Assembly: GCA_964016885.1 (NCBI GenBank)
Contig: OZ024748.1
Coordinates: 23,064,001 to 23,128,000 of the forward strand
Length of the DNA stretch: 64,000 nt
Direction: 5' to 3'
Origin: Eledone cirrhosa
Lineage: Eukaryota
Numbering within the stretch: the stretch's first letter is position 1; each line of letters begins with the position of its first letter. The position numbers were made by a program, and so were the translations under genes. Of the stretch, positions 15,611 to 29,000 are shown one piece after another. A model generated the notes under the pieces. The model saw only the letters and a program-made list of their open reading frames with translations, made no database searches and was not told where the DNA came from.

Positions 15611-15764
15611 AGGATGGTTTGTTAAGCCTTTATTACGTAAATATCTTTGTATTAAATTTAAAAAACTAACGTTTAAATATTTATTTTTGTTTTAGTTAAC
15701 TTCAATCAAACGATCCTATTGTTTAATTATTTTGGTCTACAACTTTTCCAAACGAGCTTCCAAA

Positions 15765-15915
15765 CAGTTTCTGTCCACTGAATTAGACTCACAAGGCTTG
15801 GATCGACACAAACCCATGGTTCAATGACACTTGGCTATAGTAAAAGATGCTACACAGTGTGAATGAAGCCGGCACCTAATGATTGCGAAGCGAACTTTTT
15901 AATCCTTTGACCATG
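15765..15915 (-). mobile_element. SINE family 3 remnant (possibly CORE-type)
   Basis: CAGTTTC..ACTCACAAGG..GGCTATAGT, shared with 31622-31770 and, inverted, with 32935-33040. Confidence 0.55.
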
Positions 15916-15949
15916 CTGCGTCGATAAATATTTCAGAAAATGGCGGAAT

Positions 15950-18900
15950 AGATTGAAGCAGGGACTCCAGATATCAAAGTAGTCTTGGGTTGTCTCGGGG
16001 GAAGAGACTGAAGCAGGGACTCCACATATCAAAGTAGTATTGGGTTGTCTCGGGGGAAGAGACTGAAGCAGGGACTCCCCATATCAAAGTAGTATTGGGT
16101 TGATTCGGGGTAAGAGACTGAAGCAGGGACTCCAGATATCAAAGTAATATTGGGTTGACTCGTGGGAAGAGACTGAAGCAGGGACTCCAGATATCAAAGT
16201 AGTATTGGGTTGATTCGGGGGAAGAGACTGAAGCAGGGACTCCAGATATCAAAGTAATATTGGGTTGACTCGGGGGAAGAGACTGAAGCAGGGACTCCAG
16301 ATATCAAAGTAGTCTTGGGTTGATTCGGGGGAAGAGACTGAAGCAGGGACTCCAGATATCAAAGTAATATTGGGTTGACTCGGGGGAAGAGACTGAAGCA
16401 GGGACTCCAGATATCAAAGTAGTCTTGGGTTGACTCGGGGGGGAGAGACTGAAGCAGGGACTCCAGATATCAAAGTAGTATTGGGTTGATTCGGGGGAAG
16501 AGACTGAAGCAGGGACTCCAGATATCAAAGTAGTATTGGGTTGACTCGGGGCAACAGATTGAAGCAGGGACTCCACATATCAAAGTAGTCTTGGATTGAC
16601 TCAGGGGAACAGATTGAAGCAGGGATTCCAGATATCAAAGTAGTCTTGGATTGACTCGGGGGAAGAGATTGAAGCAGGGATTCCAGATATCAAAGTAGTC
16701 TTGGGTTGACTCGGGGGAAGAGACTGAAACAGGGACTCCCCATATCAAAGTACTATTGGGTTGACTCGGGGCAACAGATATAAAGCAGGGACTCCAGATA
16801 TCAAAGTAGTATTGGGTTGACTCGGGGGAAGAGATTGAAGCAGGGACTCCAGATATCAAAGTAGTCTTGGGTTGACTCGGGGCAACAGATTGAAGCAGGG
16901 ATTCCAGATATCAAAGTAGTCTTGGGTTGACTCGGGGCAACAGATATAAAGCAGGGACTCCACATATCAAAGTAGTATTGGGTTGATTCGGGGGAAGAGA
17001 CTGAAGCAGGGACTCCAGATATCAAAGTAGTCTTGGGTTGACTCGAGGGAAGAGACTGAAGCAGGGACTCCAGATATCAAAGTAGTATTGGGTTGACTCG
17101 GGGCAACAGCTATAAAGCAGGAACTCCAGATATCAAAGTAGTCTTGGGTTGACTCGAGGGAAGAGACTGAAGCAGGGACTCCAGATATCAAAGTAGTATT
17201 GGGTTGACTCGGGGCAACAGATATAAAGCAGGAACTCCAGATATCAAAGTAGTCTTGGGTTGACTCGGGGGAAGAGATTGAAGCAGGGATTCCAGATATC
17301 AAAATAGTCTTGGGTTGACTCGGGGGGAAGAGACTGAAGCAGGGACTCCCCATATCAAAGTAGTCTTGGGTTGACTCGGGGGGAAGAGACTGAAACAGGG
17401 ACTCCACATATCAAAGTAGTATTGGGTTGATTCGGGGGAAGAGACTGAAGCAGGGACTCCAGATATCAAAGTAGTATTGGGTTGATTCGGGGGAAGAGAC
17501 TGAAGCAGGGACTCCAGATATCAAAGTAGTATTGGGTTGACTCGGGGCAACAGATTGAAGCAGGGACTCCACATATCAAAGTAGTCTTGGATTGACTCAG
17601 GGGAACAGATTGAAGCAGGGATTCCAGATATCAAAGTAGTCTTGGATTGACTCGGGGGAAGAGATTGAAGCAGGGATTCCAGATATCAAAGTAGTCTTGG
17701 GTTGACTCGGGGGAAGAGACTGAAACAGGGACTCCCCATATCAAAGTAGTATTGGGTTGACTCGGGGCAACAGATATAAAGCAGGGACTCCAGATATCAA
17801 AGTAGTATTGGGTTGACTCGGGGGAAGAGATTGAAGCAGGGACACCAGATATCAAAGTAGTCTTGGGTTGACTCGGGGCAACAGATTGAAGCAGGGATTC
17901 CAGATATCAAAGTAGTCTTGGGTTGACTCGGGGCAACAGATATAAAGCAGGGACTCCACATATCAAAGTAGTATTGGGTTGATTCGGGGGAAGAGACTGA
18001 AGCAGGGACTCCAGATATCAAAGTAGTCTTGGGTTGACTCGAGGGAAGAGACTGAAGCAGGGACTCCAGATATCAAAGTAGTATTGGGTTGACTCGGGGC
18101 AACAGATATAAAGCAGGGACTCCAGATATCAAAGTAGTCTTGGGTTGACTCGGGGGAAGAGATTGAAGCAGGGATTCCAGATATCAAAATAGTCTTGGGT
18201 TGACTCGGGGGGAAGAGACTGAAGCAGGGACTCCCCATATCAAAGTAGTCTTGGGTTGACTCGGGGGGAAGAGACTGAAACAGGGACTCCACATATCAAA
18301 GTAGTATTGGGTTGATTCGGGGGAAGAGACTGAAGCAGGGACTCCAGATATCAAAGTAGTCTTGGGTTGACTCGGGGGAAGAGATTGAAGCAGGGATTCC
18401 AGATATCAAAGTAGTCTTGGGTTGACTCGGGGGGAAGAGACTGAAACAGGGACTCCACATATCAAAGTAGTCTTGGGTTGACTCGGGGGGAAGAGACTGA
18501 AACAGGGACTCCACATATCAAAGTAGTCTTGGGTTGACTCGGGGGGAAGAGACTGAAGCAGGGACTCCAGATATCAAAGTAGTCTTGGGTTGACTCGGGG
18601 GTAAGAGACTGAAGCAGGGACTCCACATATCAAAGTAGTCTTGGGTTGACTCGGGGGAAGAGACTGAAACAGGGACTCCACATATCAAAGTAGTCTTGGG
18701 TTGATTCGGGGGAAGAGACTGAAGCAGGGATTCCAGATATCAAAGTAGTCTTGGGTTGACTCGGGGGAAGAGACTGAAGCAGGGATTCAAGATATCAAAG
18801 TAGTCTTGGGTTGACTCGGGGGAAGAGACTGAAGCAGGGACTCCAGATATCAAAGTAGTCTTGGGTTGACTCGGGGGAAGAGACTGAAGCAGGGACTCCA

Positions 18901-19376
18901 GATATCAAAGTAGTCTTGGGTTGACTCGGGGGAAGAGACTGAAGCAGGGACTCCAGATATCAAAGTAGTCTTGGGTTGACTCGGGGGAAGAGACTGAAGC
19001 AGGGACTCCAGATATCAAAGTAGTCTTGGGTTGACTCGGGGGAAGAGATTGAAGCAGGGATTCCAGATATCAAAGTAGTCTTGGGTTGACTCGGGGGAAG
19101 AGATTGAAGCAGGGATTCCAGATATCAAAGTAGTCTTGGGTTGACTCGGGGGAAGAGACTGAAGCAGGGACTCCAGATATCAAAGTAGTCTTGGGTTGAC
19201 TCGGGGGAAGAGACTGAAGCAGGGACTCCAGATATCAAAGTAGTCTTGGGTTGACTCGGGGGAAGAGATTGAAGCAGGGACTCCAGATATCAAAGTAGTC
19301 TTGGGTTGACTCGGGGGAAGAGACTGAAGCAGGGACTCCAGATATCAAAGTAGTATTGGGTTGACTCGGGGGAAGG
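15950..19376. repeat. 55-bp satellite, ~62 copies
   Basis: Unit GACTGAAGCAGGGACTCCAGATATCAAAGTAGTCTTGGGTTGACTCGGGGGAAGA; a ~996-bp internal block duplication is shown by near-identical ORF pairs 16635/17631 and 16801/17797. Confidence 0.97.
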
Positions 19377-19799
19377 AGGTGCAAAGTAGATTTGAAGATT
19401 TGCACCTAGAGCGTCAAAAGTTGAATGTAAATACTGCCAGACATTTAATTCGGCAGCACTCTAATGTAAGGCGCTCTCATAATCCGGCAACTCTTTTATA
19501 TGCGTATAATCCGGCAGCGCTCGGTTGATTTAGTGGAATCACAAAGACAACTTGGTGAATGTGTGGGTGGTAGTGGTGGTTGTGGTAGTGATTGTGATGT
19601 TTGTGGTGGTGGTGGTGGTAGTGTTGGTTGTGTTAGTGACTGTGATGTTGGTGGTGGTGGTGGTGGTGGTGGTGGTTGTGGTAGTGACTGTGATGTTTGT
19701 GGTGGTGGTGGGGGTGATAATTCTGGTTGCAGTGTATGATCTCATTGTATCTCACCTGACAGAAGCATAACAGGTGAACAGGTAAAGTCAGATAGAAGA

Positions 19800-19947
<148 letters not shown>

Positions 19948-20244
19948 CGGCCCACGAAATAACGAAAAACAACCTCCGAGATGTGTGGCAAGTGCTCAAT
20001 GATTCAGATGAACCAGAGCTATAACAAACGTTAAAGGCCAAACACACTGAGACGATGGTTAAACAATCATTCGCATAGCCAAAAAAAACGATCAAGTAAT
20101 TCGGGTATTGAAAATTTACCCGGACCCCTGGAAGGTTGGTAAAATCCAGTATTTGGGTTTCTGCGGCTCCTAAATCAAGTACCATCCGCTTACATAAATA
20201 ATGTCAGGCTTCTGGTAAGATGATTGAACAAGGAAGCCACTTTC

Positions 20245-20354
<110 letters not shown>

Positions 20355-20492
20355 TATATATATACATATATATATACACATATATATATATACATATATA
20401 TATATACATATATACATATATATATGTATATACACACATATATATATATATATATATGTATACACACACACATATATATATATATATGTATG

Positions 20493-20583
<91 letters not shown>

Positions 20584-20692
20584 GTATATATATATAAATA
20601 TATACATATACATATATATATATTTACATATATATATATATATATATATAGATATATATATATATATATATATAATGCTATGGACATACTTT

Positions 20693-20762
<70 letters not shown>

Positions 20763-20915
20763 TGTGTGGAAAGTACAGTTGTGTAGACAGAAGGTCTATA
20801 ATGCCGAGACTGTATTTTCTCTATGTAGTAATATCGAATGACCAGCAAAACAACAACAACAACAACAACAAAACCACGACAACGACGACGACGACAGCAG
20901 CGCTACCAGCAACTA

Positions 20916-20957
<42 letters not shown>

Positions 20958-21374
20958 CAACAACGATAACAGCGTCAACCGTAATAAAAACAACAACAAC
21001 AACAACAACAACAACAAGAAAGAAAACACCAGCAACAATGGCAACAAACGTCGAGACATCTTACTTGCTAGTTCTACATTTCCATTACATGTCTTACTAG
21101 CAAACTTGTAGATAAACTGACATCTTTCAATCGATCCGAAGAATTCTCGGTAAGAATTTAACTTGAGATAAGAATTTTGTCTTGTAAGAGACATTCATAT
21201 TGATTTCCTGTTTGTACAATGGCGTAAAAGTCACCATTTTTGGCAACCAGCAACCTACATGTCTGTGATGGAGATTTTCTGATTTAACCGTTTTATTATT
21301 TCACTTCATGTTAGCCATTAATGTCTCAGAGAAAGGCATGAATGTCACAATATTGGAACATGTGTCTTATGTAT

Positions 21375-21561
21375 AATTGTTTCTACTTTTGGCACAATAC
21401 CAGCAATTATCCCAGTACTGGTACTTTATTTTATCGACCCCGTAAGGATGAAATGCAAAGTTAACCTCGGCGAGATTTGAACTCAGACCATAAAGGGCCG
21501 TAATTCTTTGCTGCAAAGCATGGCGTCAGACCCTCTACCGATACTGCCAATCCACCGCCCT
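21375..21561 (-). mobile_element. SINE family 1 with target-site duplication
   Basis: Flanked by TGTGTCTTAT(G/A)TATA at 21361 and 21562. Confidence 0.92.
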
Positions 21562-21574
21562 TGTGTCTTATATA

Positions 21575-21762
21575 TAATTGTTTCTACTTTTGACACAATG
21601 CCAGCAATTTACCCAGTGCATTACTGGTACTTTATTTTATCGACCCCGTAAGGATGAAAGGCAAAGTTAACCTCGGCGGGATTTGAACTCAGAATGGCAA
21701 GGGCCGTAACTCTATGCGTCAAAGCATGGCGTCCGACCCTCTACCGATACTGCCAATCCACC
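21575..21762 (-). mobile_element. SINE family 1
   Basis: Consensus match. Confidence 0.92.
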
Positions 21763-21771
21763 GTTATATAT

Positions 21772-21960
21772 AATTGTTTCTACTTTTGATACAATGCCAG
21801 CAATTACCCAGTACATTACTGGTACTTTATTTTATCGACCCCGTAAGGATGAAAGGCAAAGTTAATCTCGGCGGGATTTGAACTCAGAATGGCAAGGGCC
21901 GTAACTCTATGCGTCAAAGCATGGCGTCCGACCCTCTACCGATACTGCCAATTCACCGCC
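21772..21960 (-). mobile_element. SINE family 1 with target-site duplication
   Basis: Flanked by CCGTTATATATA at 21761 and 21961. Confidence 0.92.
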
Positions 21961-22058
21961 CCGTTATATATACACCGTTATATACACCGTTATATACACC
22001 GTTATATATGATGTATGTCTAATATATGTCATATATAATGTGCAATAATTTAACACAA

Positions 22059-22162
22059 CTCCCGCCGAGGTTGACTTTGCCTTTCATCCTTACGGGGTCG
22101 ATAAAATAAAGTACCAGTAATGAACTGGTAATTGCTGGCCTTGTGCCTAAAGTAGAAACAAT
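22059..22162 (+). mobile_element. SINE family 1, 5'-truncated
   Basis: 3' half of the consensus; AATTTAACACAAC direct repeat on both flanks. Confidence 0.88.
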
Positions 22163-22424
22163 AATTTAACACAACAAACCTAAAAATACATATAATCAAA
22201 TTACACAAATCCTACCCACCCTACTAGTAATAAAAGGATGAACTTCATCAGCCCACCATCGCACTCAATATCTGGTTTCTGTCAAGTTGTGGCTACCAGA
22301 TACATTCTACCATAAACTCTATGGCGCACAAGATATTTAATCCTGCTCGGGCACCTAAAATCGTTAGCAAAAACATGGCATATATACTACTAAGTTATAT
22401 ACTCAATTGCGAGAGACGTCTGTA

Positions 22425-22552
22425 ATAGTAGTAGTTGTAGTAGTGGTAGTAGTAGAAGTAGTAGTAGTAGTAAAAGAAGAAGAAAAAGAAGAAAAAGAAG
22501 TAGTAGTAGTAGTAGTAGTAGTAGCAGCAGTAGTAGTAGTAGTAGTAGTAGT

Positions 22553-22593
<41 letters not shown>

Positions 22594-22618
22594 TAGTAGT
22601 AGCAGTAGTAGCAGTAGT

Positions 22619-22653
<35 letters not shown>

Positions 22654-22690
22654 CAGTAGTAGTAGTAGTAGTAGCAGTAGTAGTAGTAGT

Positions 22691-22731
<41 letters not shown>

Positions 22732-22954
22732 TAGTAGCAGTAGCAATAGCAGTAGTAGTAGTAGTAGTAGAGCAGCAGCAGTAGTAGTAGTACTCTCAGC
22801 GGGAGTAGTAGTAGTTACTCTCAGCGGGATTTGTAGTAGTAGTAGCAGCAGCAGCAGTTGTAGTAGTAGTAGCAGCAGCAGCAGCAGTTGTAGTAGTAGT
22901 AGTAGCAGCAGTAGCAGCATCAACAGCAGTAGTAGTAGTAGCAGCAGCAGTAGC

Positions 22955-23001
<47 letters not shown>

Positions 23002-23190
23002 CAGCAGCAGCAGTTGTAGTAGTAGTAGTAGTAGTAGCAGCAGCAGCAGCAGCAGCAGTTGTAGTAGTAGTAGTAGCAGCAGTAGCAGCAGCAACAGCAG
23101 TAGTAGTAGTAGCTGCAGCAGCAGCAGTAGTAGTAGTAGTAGTAGTAGAAGCAGCAGCAGCAGCAGTCGTCGTCGTAGTAGTAGTAGTAG
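22425..23190. repeat. (TAG)n/(CAG)n compound repeat
   Basis: Direct reading. Confidence 0.95.
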
Positions 23191-23366
23191 TTTTAATATA
23201 ATATTGCTAAATCCCTTCCTCGACGCCAGAAGACATCGTTGTGACAGAGCTGACGTCATTCTCAGGACCCCCAACGCCTTATAACCTCCCTTACATAACT
23301 TCAACAGTACCAACAACACAAACATCTGACAACTTCATTTGGTGTCTTTCGCGAAATTGAATAAAA

Positions 23367-23411
<45 letters not shown>

Positions 23412-23442
23412 AGATCAAAAGATGGTTAAAAGAGTTCCATGT

Positions 23443-23511
23443 ATTTTATTATGCGCATTTCAAAAACAAATATCATCATGAGATGACATTTGCGTTTTCG
23501 TCAGATAAAAT
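23443..23511 (-). ncRNA. Type I hammerhead ribozyme motif (inverted arm of family B)
   Basis: Reverse complement of 23637-23705. Confidence 0.75.
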
Positions 23512-23636
23512 AGGGATACATGATATGAAGGTTAAAACACACTTGTGAATAGTGAGGTTTTAAATCAACATATCATATGTTGATTTAAAACCTCACTATT
23601 CACAAGTGTTTTTTAACCTTCGTATCATGTCTCCCA

Positions 23637-23705
23637 ATTTTATCTGACGAAAACGCAAATGTCATCTCATGATGATATTTGTTTTTGAAATGCGCATAAT
23701 AAAAT
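23637..23705 (+). ncRNA. Type I hammerhead ribozyme motif
   Basis: Stem I ATTTTAT/ATAAAAT; core CTGACGA (23644); 12-bp stem II GCAAATGTCATC/GATGATATTTGT; GAAA (23687); palindromic stem III A-TGCGCA-T; cleavage site UA at 23698. Confidence 0.8.
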
Positions 23706-23726
23706 ACATGGAACTCTTTTAACCAT

Positions 23727-23897
23727 ATCGGTAGAGGGTCGGACGCCATGCTTTCCAGCATAGTTACGTCCCTTTACGATCTGGGTTCAAATCCCGCCGA
23801 GGTTGACTTTGCCTTTCATCCTTACGGGGTCGATAAAATAAAGTACCAGTAATGCACTGGGTAATTGCTGGCCTTGTGCCTAAAGTAGAAACAATTA
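23727..23897 (+). mobile_element. SINE family 1 nested in the family B element
   Basis: Consensus match; absent from the 37717 copy. Confidence 0.92.
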
Positions 23898-23981
23898 TTT
23901 ATACTCCAGTCCTATAAACTGTAGAGTGCTACTTATCCGATATCTGCATTGCTTTAACGTACTACAATAAAACTCACCTCC

Positions 23982-24043
<62 letters not shown>

Positions 24044-24776
24044 GGTATGTGTGTGCGCTTGTTATATACGTATTTATTTATTTATATACGTTTATTTAAT
24101 TATTTATATGTGCGTGTATACCTATGGCGAGTGTTTTCACGTTTACTTGTGTATGTACGCATATGGATGCGTGTATGTATTTATTTAATTTCAATTACCT
24201 CTGTATTTTATTTACTTTATGAAGCCGAGAATCATTCGGTTTCCTAGTTAGAATTTTAGTCTACGACTTCAGTTATACCATTTACGTGGTTTTGTCTTTG
24301 CGTGCAATTGTTCTACACGCTCCACATATGACGTATTATCTTCGTTTTTTCCGTTCATTGCCTGAGATCGTCTCTATGAACCACCTAAGAGAATATTAGT
24401 CTACGACTTCTTTTATACCATAAACGTGGTTTTGTCTTTGCGTGTAATTGTTTTTCACCGCTCCAAATAATGACGTATTATCTTTGTCTTTATCCGTTCT
24501 TTGCCAGGGAACGTTTCCACGAACCAAAGTATCGTCTTCGTATCTTCCTCCGGTTGCAACGTTTTTTCAAATATTCACTTCTGCGTTTACAGATTGACTT
24601 TGTTAGTTTCAGAAGATCCAGTTAAAACAATGATTGTTTTAACTTATATCATGACTCTGTTTTCCTTTTAATGTTTTATTGTTTTCCGAGATTTATCTTA
24701 ACCTACAACATTTTCAACATATGGATTACATCGAGTTCTTCATGCAGAATAGACCCCACAACTTACTGTGGATACC

Positions 24777-24837
<61 letters not shown>

Positions 24838-24842
<5 letters not shown>

Positions 24843-25129
24843 ATATTAACAAATGGAAACTATATTTATAAAACCATATTTATTTCATTATACATATTTC
24901 AAGGGCCACCAAACGAGATTATGGCGCGCTTTCATCAGATAAAATATAATATAGATTAGTTTTATAAATAAATATTGACATACCCTGAAAAAATACAACC
25001 TTCACGGTTGGAGTCTCCTGGATATATTTGTTAATATATTGTTTATTTACTCCAATAATATGTTGAGTGCTATATATCAATTATAAAAATATTTTGCTTG
25101 TTATATTCCAACAAATTAAATATAACCTT

Positions 25130-25131
<2 letters not shown>
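24838..25131 (+). mobile_element. Family C element (inverted arm with hammerhead, short direct arm, tail)
   Basis: Tail 25042-25131 and the inverted part are homologous to 38345-38555; (TA)n flanks. Confidence 0.7.
24882..24945 (-). ncRNA. Type I hammerhead ribozyme motif
   Basis: Minus strand reads ATTTTAT-CTGATGA-AAG..CTT-GAAA-TATGTA-TA-ATGAAAT. Confidence 0.7.
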
Positions 25132-25186
<55 letters not shown>

Positions 25187-25334
25187 CGGCGATGTTATTA
25201 ATTCTACCAATATTACACAAATATGACCCTCCCCAAGGATAACAATATATATATATATATATATATATTGACGCGCGCGCACAAACACAAACACAGAAAC
25301 ACATACACACATGCACACACACATACACAAACGC

Positions 25335-25369
<35 letters not shown>

Positions 25370-25583
25370 CACACACAAACACACACACGCATGCACACAC
25401 ACACGCACACACGCACACATATATATATACACATGTACATATTATAAACATACATTCATACATAGATACACACACATATATTTGAGAGAGAAGAGAAAGA
25501 GAGAGAGAGAGAGAGAGAGATGGGGTGGGTGGGGGGAGAGATGAAGAGAGAGAGAGAGAGAGGGAGAGAGGGGGAGAGGGAGA

Positions 25584-25658
<75 letters not shown>

Positions 25659-26057
25659 TAAAAATTCCAATGTATATGTTTTCAGCTTGACTTTCCGAAT
25701 TCATTTCTCTAGATCAATGCTAGGTCCAACCTCGTCATTTCAAAATGTAGGAGAAGTTATGAGGTTCATGCATTGCCAAACAACATGAGTAACAGTCCTT
25801 TCTCTTTTAATAAAGAAAAGAGAAAGTATAGGAAAAAGTGAAAGGAGGAGAGGGGATGAGGGTGAAGTAGAGGAAGAGGTGGAATAGAGGGAGGGAGTGA
25901 CAGAGGAAGGGGAAGAGGTGAGATGTTTTGTGGTATTAATGGCCGTTCTGTGCCCTGAGTTCAAATCCTACCGAGGCCAACTTTATTTTTCAACATTTCT
26001 GGGCCAATCCATATAATTCTAAACAAGACGATGTCTGGCAGGATTGTTAAATTCCAA

Positions 26058-29000
26058 CGTGACACACCAAGCACCATAGAAGGTATTGGGGTGACACTAT
26101 ACACCCAGAGTATTCCACCGTGACACACCAACCACCATAGAAGGTATTGGGGTGACACTATACACCCAGAGTATTACACCGTGACACACCAACTACCATA
26201 GAAGGTATTGGGGTGACACTATACACCCAGAGTATTCCACCGTGGTACACCAACCACCATAGAAGGTATTGGGGTGACACTATACACCCAGAGTATTCCA
26301 CCGTGGTACACCAACCACCATAGAAGGTATTGGGGTGACACTATACACCCAGAGTATTCCACCGTGACACACCAACCACAATAGCAGTTATTGGGGTGAC
26401 ACTATACACCCAGAGTATTCCACCGTGGTACACCAACCACTATAGAAGGTATTGGGGTGACACTATACACCCAGAGTATTCCACCGTGGTACACCAACCA
26501 CTATAGAAGGTATTGGGGTGACACTATACACCCAGAGTATTCCACTGTGACACACTAACCACCATAGAAGGTATTGGGTGACACTATACACCCAGAGTAT
26601 TTCACCGTGACACACCAACCACCATAGAAGGTATTGGGGTGACACTATACACCCAGAGTATTCCACCGTGACACACCAACCACAATAGCAGTTATTGGGG
26701 TGACACTATACACCCAGAGTATTTCACCGTGACACACCAACCACCATAGAAGGTATTGGGGTGACACTATACACCCAGAGTATTCCACCGTGACACACCA
26801 ACCACCATAGAAGGTATTGGGGTGACACTATACACCCAGAGTATTCCACCGTGACACACCAACCACCATAGAAGGTATTGGGGTGACACTATACACCCAG
26901 AGTATTCCACCGTGGTACACCAACCACCATAGAAGGTATTGGGGTGACACTCTACACCCAGAGTATTCCACCGTGACACACCAACCACCATAGAAGGTAT
27001 TGGGGTGACACTATACACCCAGAGTATTCAACCGTAACACACCAACCACCATAGAAGGTATTGGGGTGACACTATACACCCAGAGTATTCAACCGTGACA
27101 CACCAACCACCATAGAAGGTATTGGGGTGACACTATACACCCAGAGTATTCCACCGTGACACACCAACCACCATAGAAGGTATTGGGGTGACACTATACA
27201 CCCAGAGTATTCAACCGTGACACACCAACCAGCATAGAAGGTATTGGGGTGACACTATAGACCCAGAGTATTCCACCGTGGTACACCACCCACCATAGAA
27301 GGTATTGGGGTGACACTATACACCCAGAGTATTCCACCGTGACACACCAATCACAATAGACGGTATTGGGGTGACACTATACACCCAGAGTATTCCACCG
27401 TGGTACACCACCCACCATAGAAGGTATTGGGGTGACACTATACACCCAGAGTATTCCACCGTGACACACCAACCACCATAGAAGGTATTGGGGTGACACT
27501 ATACACCCAGAGTATTCCACCGTGGTACACCACCCACCATAGAAGGTATTGGGGTGACACTATACACCCAGAGTATTCCACCGTGACACACCAACCACCA
27601 TAGAAGGTATTGGGGTGACACTATACACCCAGAGTATTCCACCGTGGTACACCACCCACCATAGAAGGTATTGGGGTGACACTATACACCCAGATTATTC
27701 CACCGTGACACACCAACCACCATAGAAGGTATTGGGGTGACACTATACACCCAGAGTATTCCACCGTGACACACCAACCACCATAGAAGGTATTGGGGTG
27801 ACACTATACACCCAGAGTATTCCACCATGGTACACCACCCACCATAGAAGGTATTGGGGTGACACTATACACCCAGAATATTCCACCGTGGTACACCAAC
27901 CACCATAGAAGGTATTGGGGTGACACTATACACCCAGAGTATTCCACCGTGGTACACCAACCACCATAGAAGGTATTGGGTGACACTATACACCCAGAGT
28001 ATTCCACCGTGGTACACCACCCACCATAGAAGGTATTGGGGTGACACTATACACCCAGAGTATTCCACCGTGACACACCAACCACCATAGAAGGTATTGG
28101 GTGACACTATACACCCAGAGTATTCCACCGTGGTACACCACCCACCATAGAAGGTATTGGGGTGACACTATACACCCAGAGTATTACACCGTGACACACC
28201 ACCCACCATAGAAGGTATTGGGGTGACACTATACACCCAGAGTATTCCACCGTGGTACACCACCCACCATAGAAGGTATTGGGGTGACACTATACACCCA
28301 GAGTATTACACCGTGACACACCAACCACCATAGAAGGTATTGGGGTGACACTATACACCCAGAGTATTCCACGGTGACACACCAACCACCATAGAAGGTA
28401 TTGGGGTGACACTATACACACAGAGTATTCCACCGTGGTACACCACCCACCATAGAAGGTATTGGGGTGACACTATACACCCAGAGTATTCCACCGTGAC
28501 ACACCAACCAGCATAGAAGGTATTGGGGTGACACAATACACCCAGAGTATTCCACCGTGGTACACCACCCACCATAGAAGGTATTGGGGTGACACTATAC
28601 ACCCAGAGTATTCCACCGTGGTACACCACACACCATAGAAGGTATTGGGGTGACACTATACACCCAGAGTATTACACCGTGACACACCAACCACCATAGA
28701 AGGTATTGGAGTGGCACTATACACCCAGAGAATTCCACGGTGACACACCAACCACCATAGAAGGTATTGGGGTGACACTATACCCCCAGAGTATTACACC
28801 GTGACACACCACCCACAATAGAAGGTAATGGGGTGACATTATACACCCAGAATATTCCACCGTGGTACACCAACCACCATAGAAGGTATTGGGGTGACAC
28901 TATACACCCAGAGTATTCCACGGTGACACACCAACCACCATAGAAGGTATTGGGGTGACACTATACCCCCAGAGTATTCCACGGTGACACACCAACCACC

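Larger units (their letters stand above)
23405..23984 (+). mobile_element. Family B fold-back element with hammerheads, interrupted by a SINE
   Basis: Inverted arms ~23405-23572 and 23575-23726, tail 23898-23984, (TA)n on both sides; homologous to 37717-38131. Confidence 0.85.

Noticed and set aside
26085-26102. GGTGACACTATA in the 61-bp unit matches 12 nt of the SP6 promoter
   Set aside because: Flanking bases differ (ATTGGG..C rather than ATTTAG..G) and it is part of a naturally diverged satellite, so it is coincidence rather than vector contamination.
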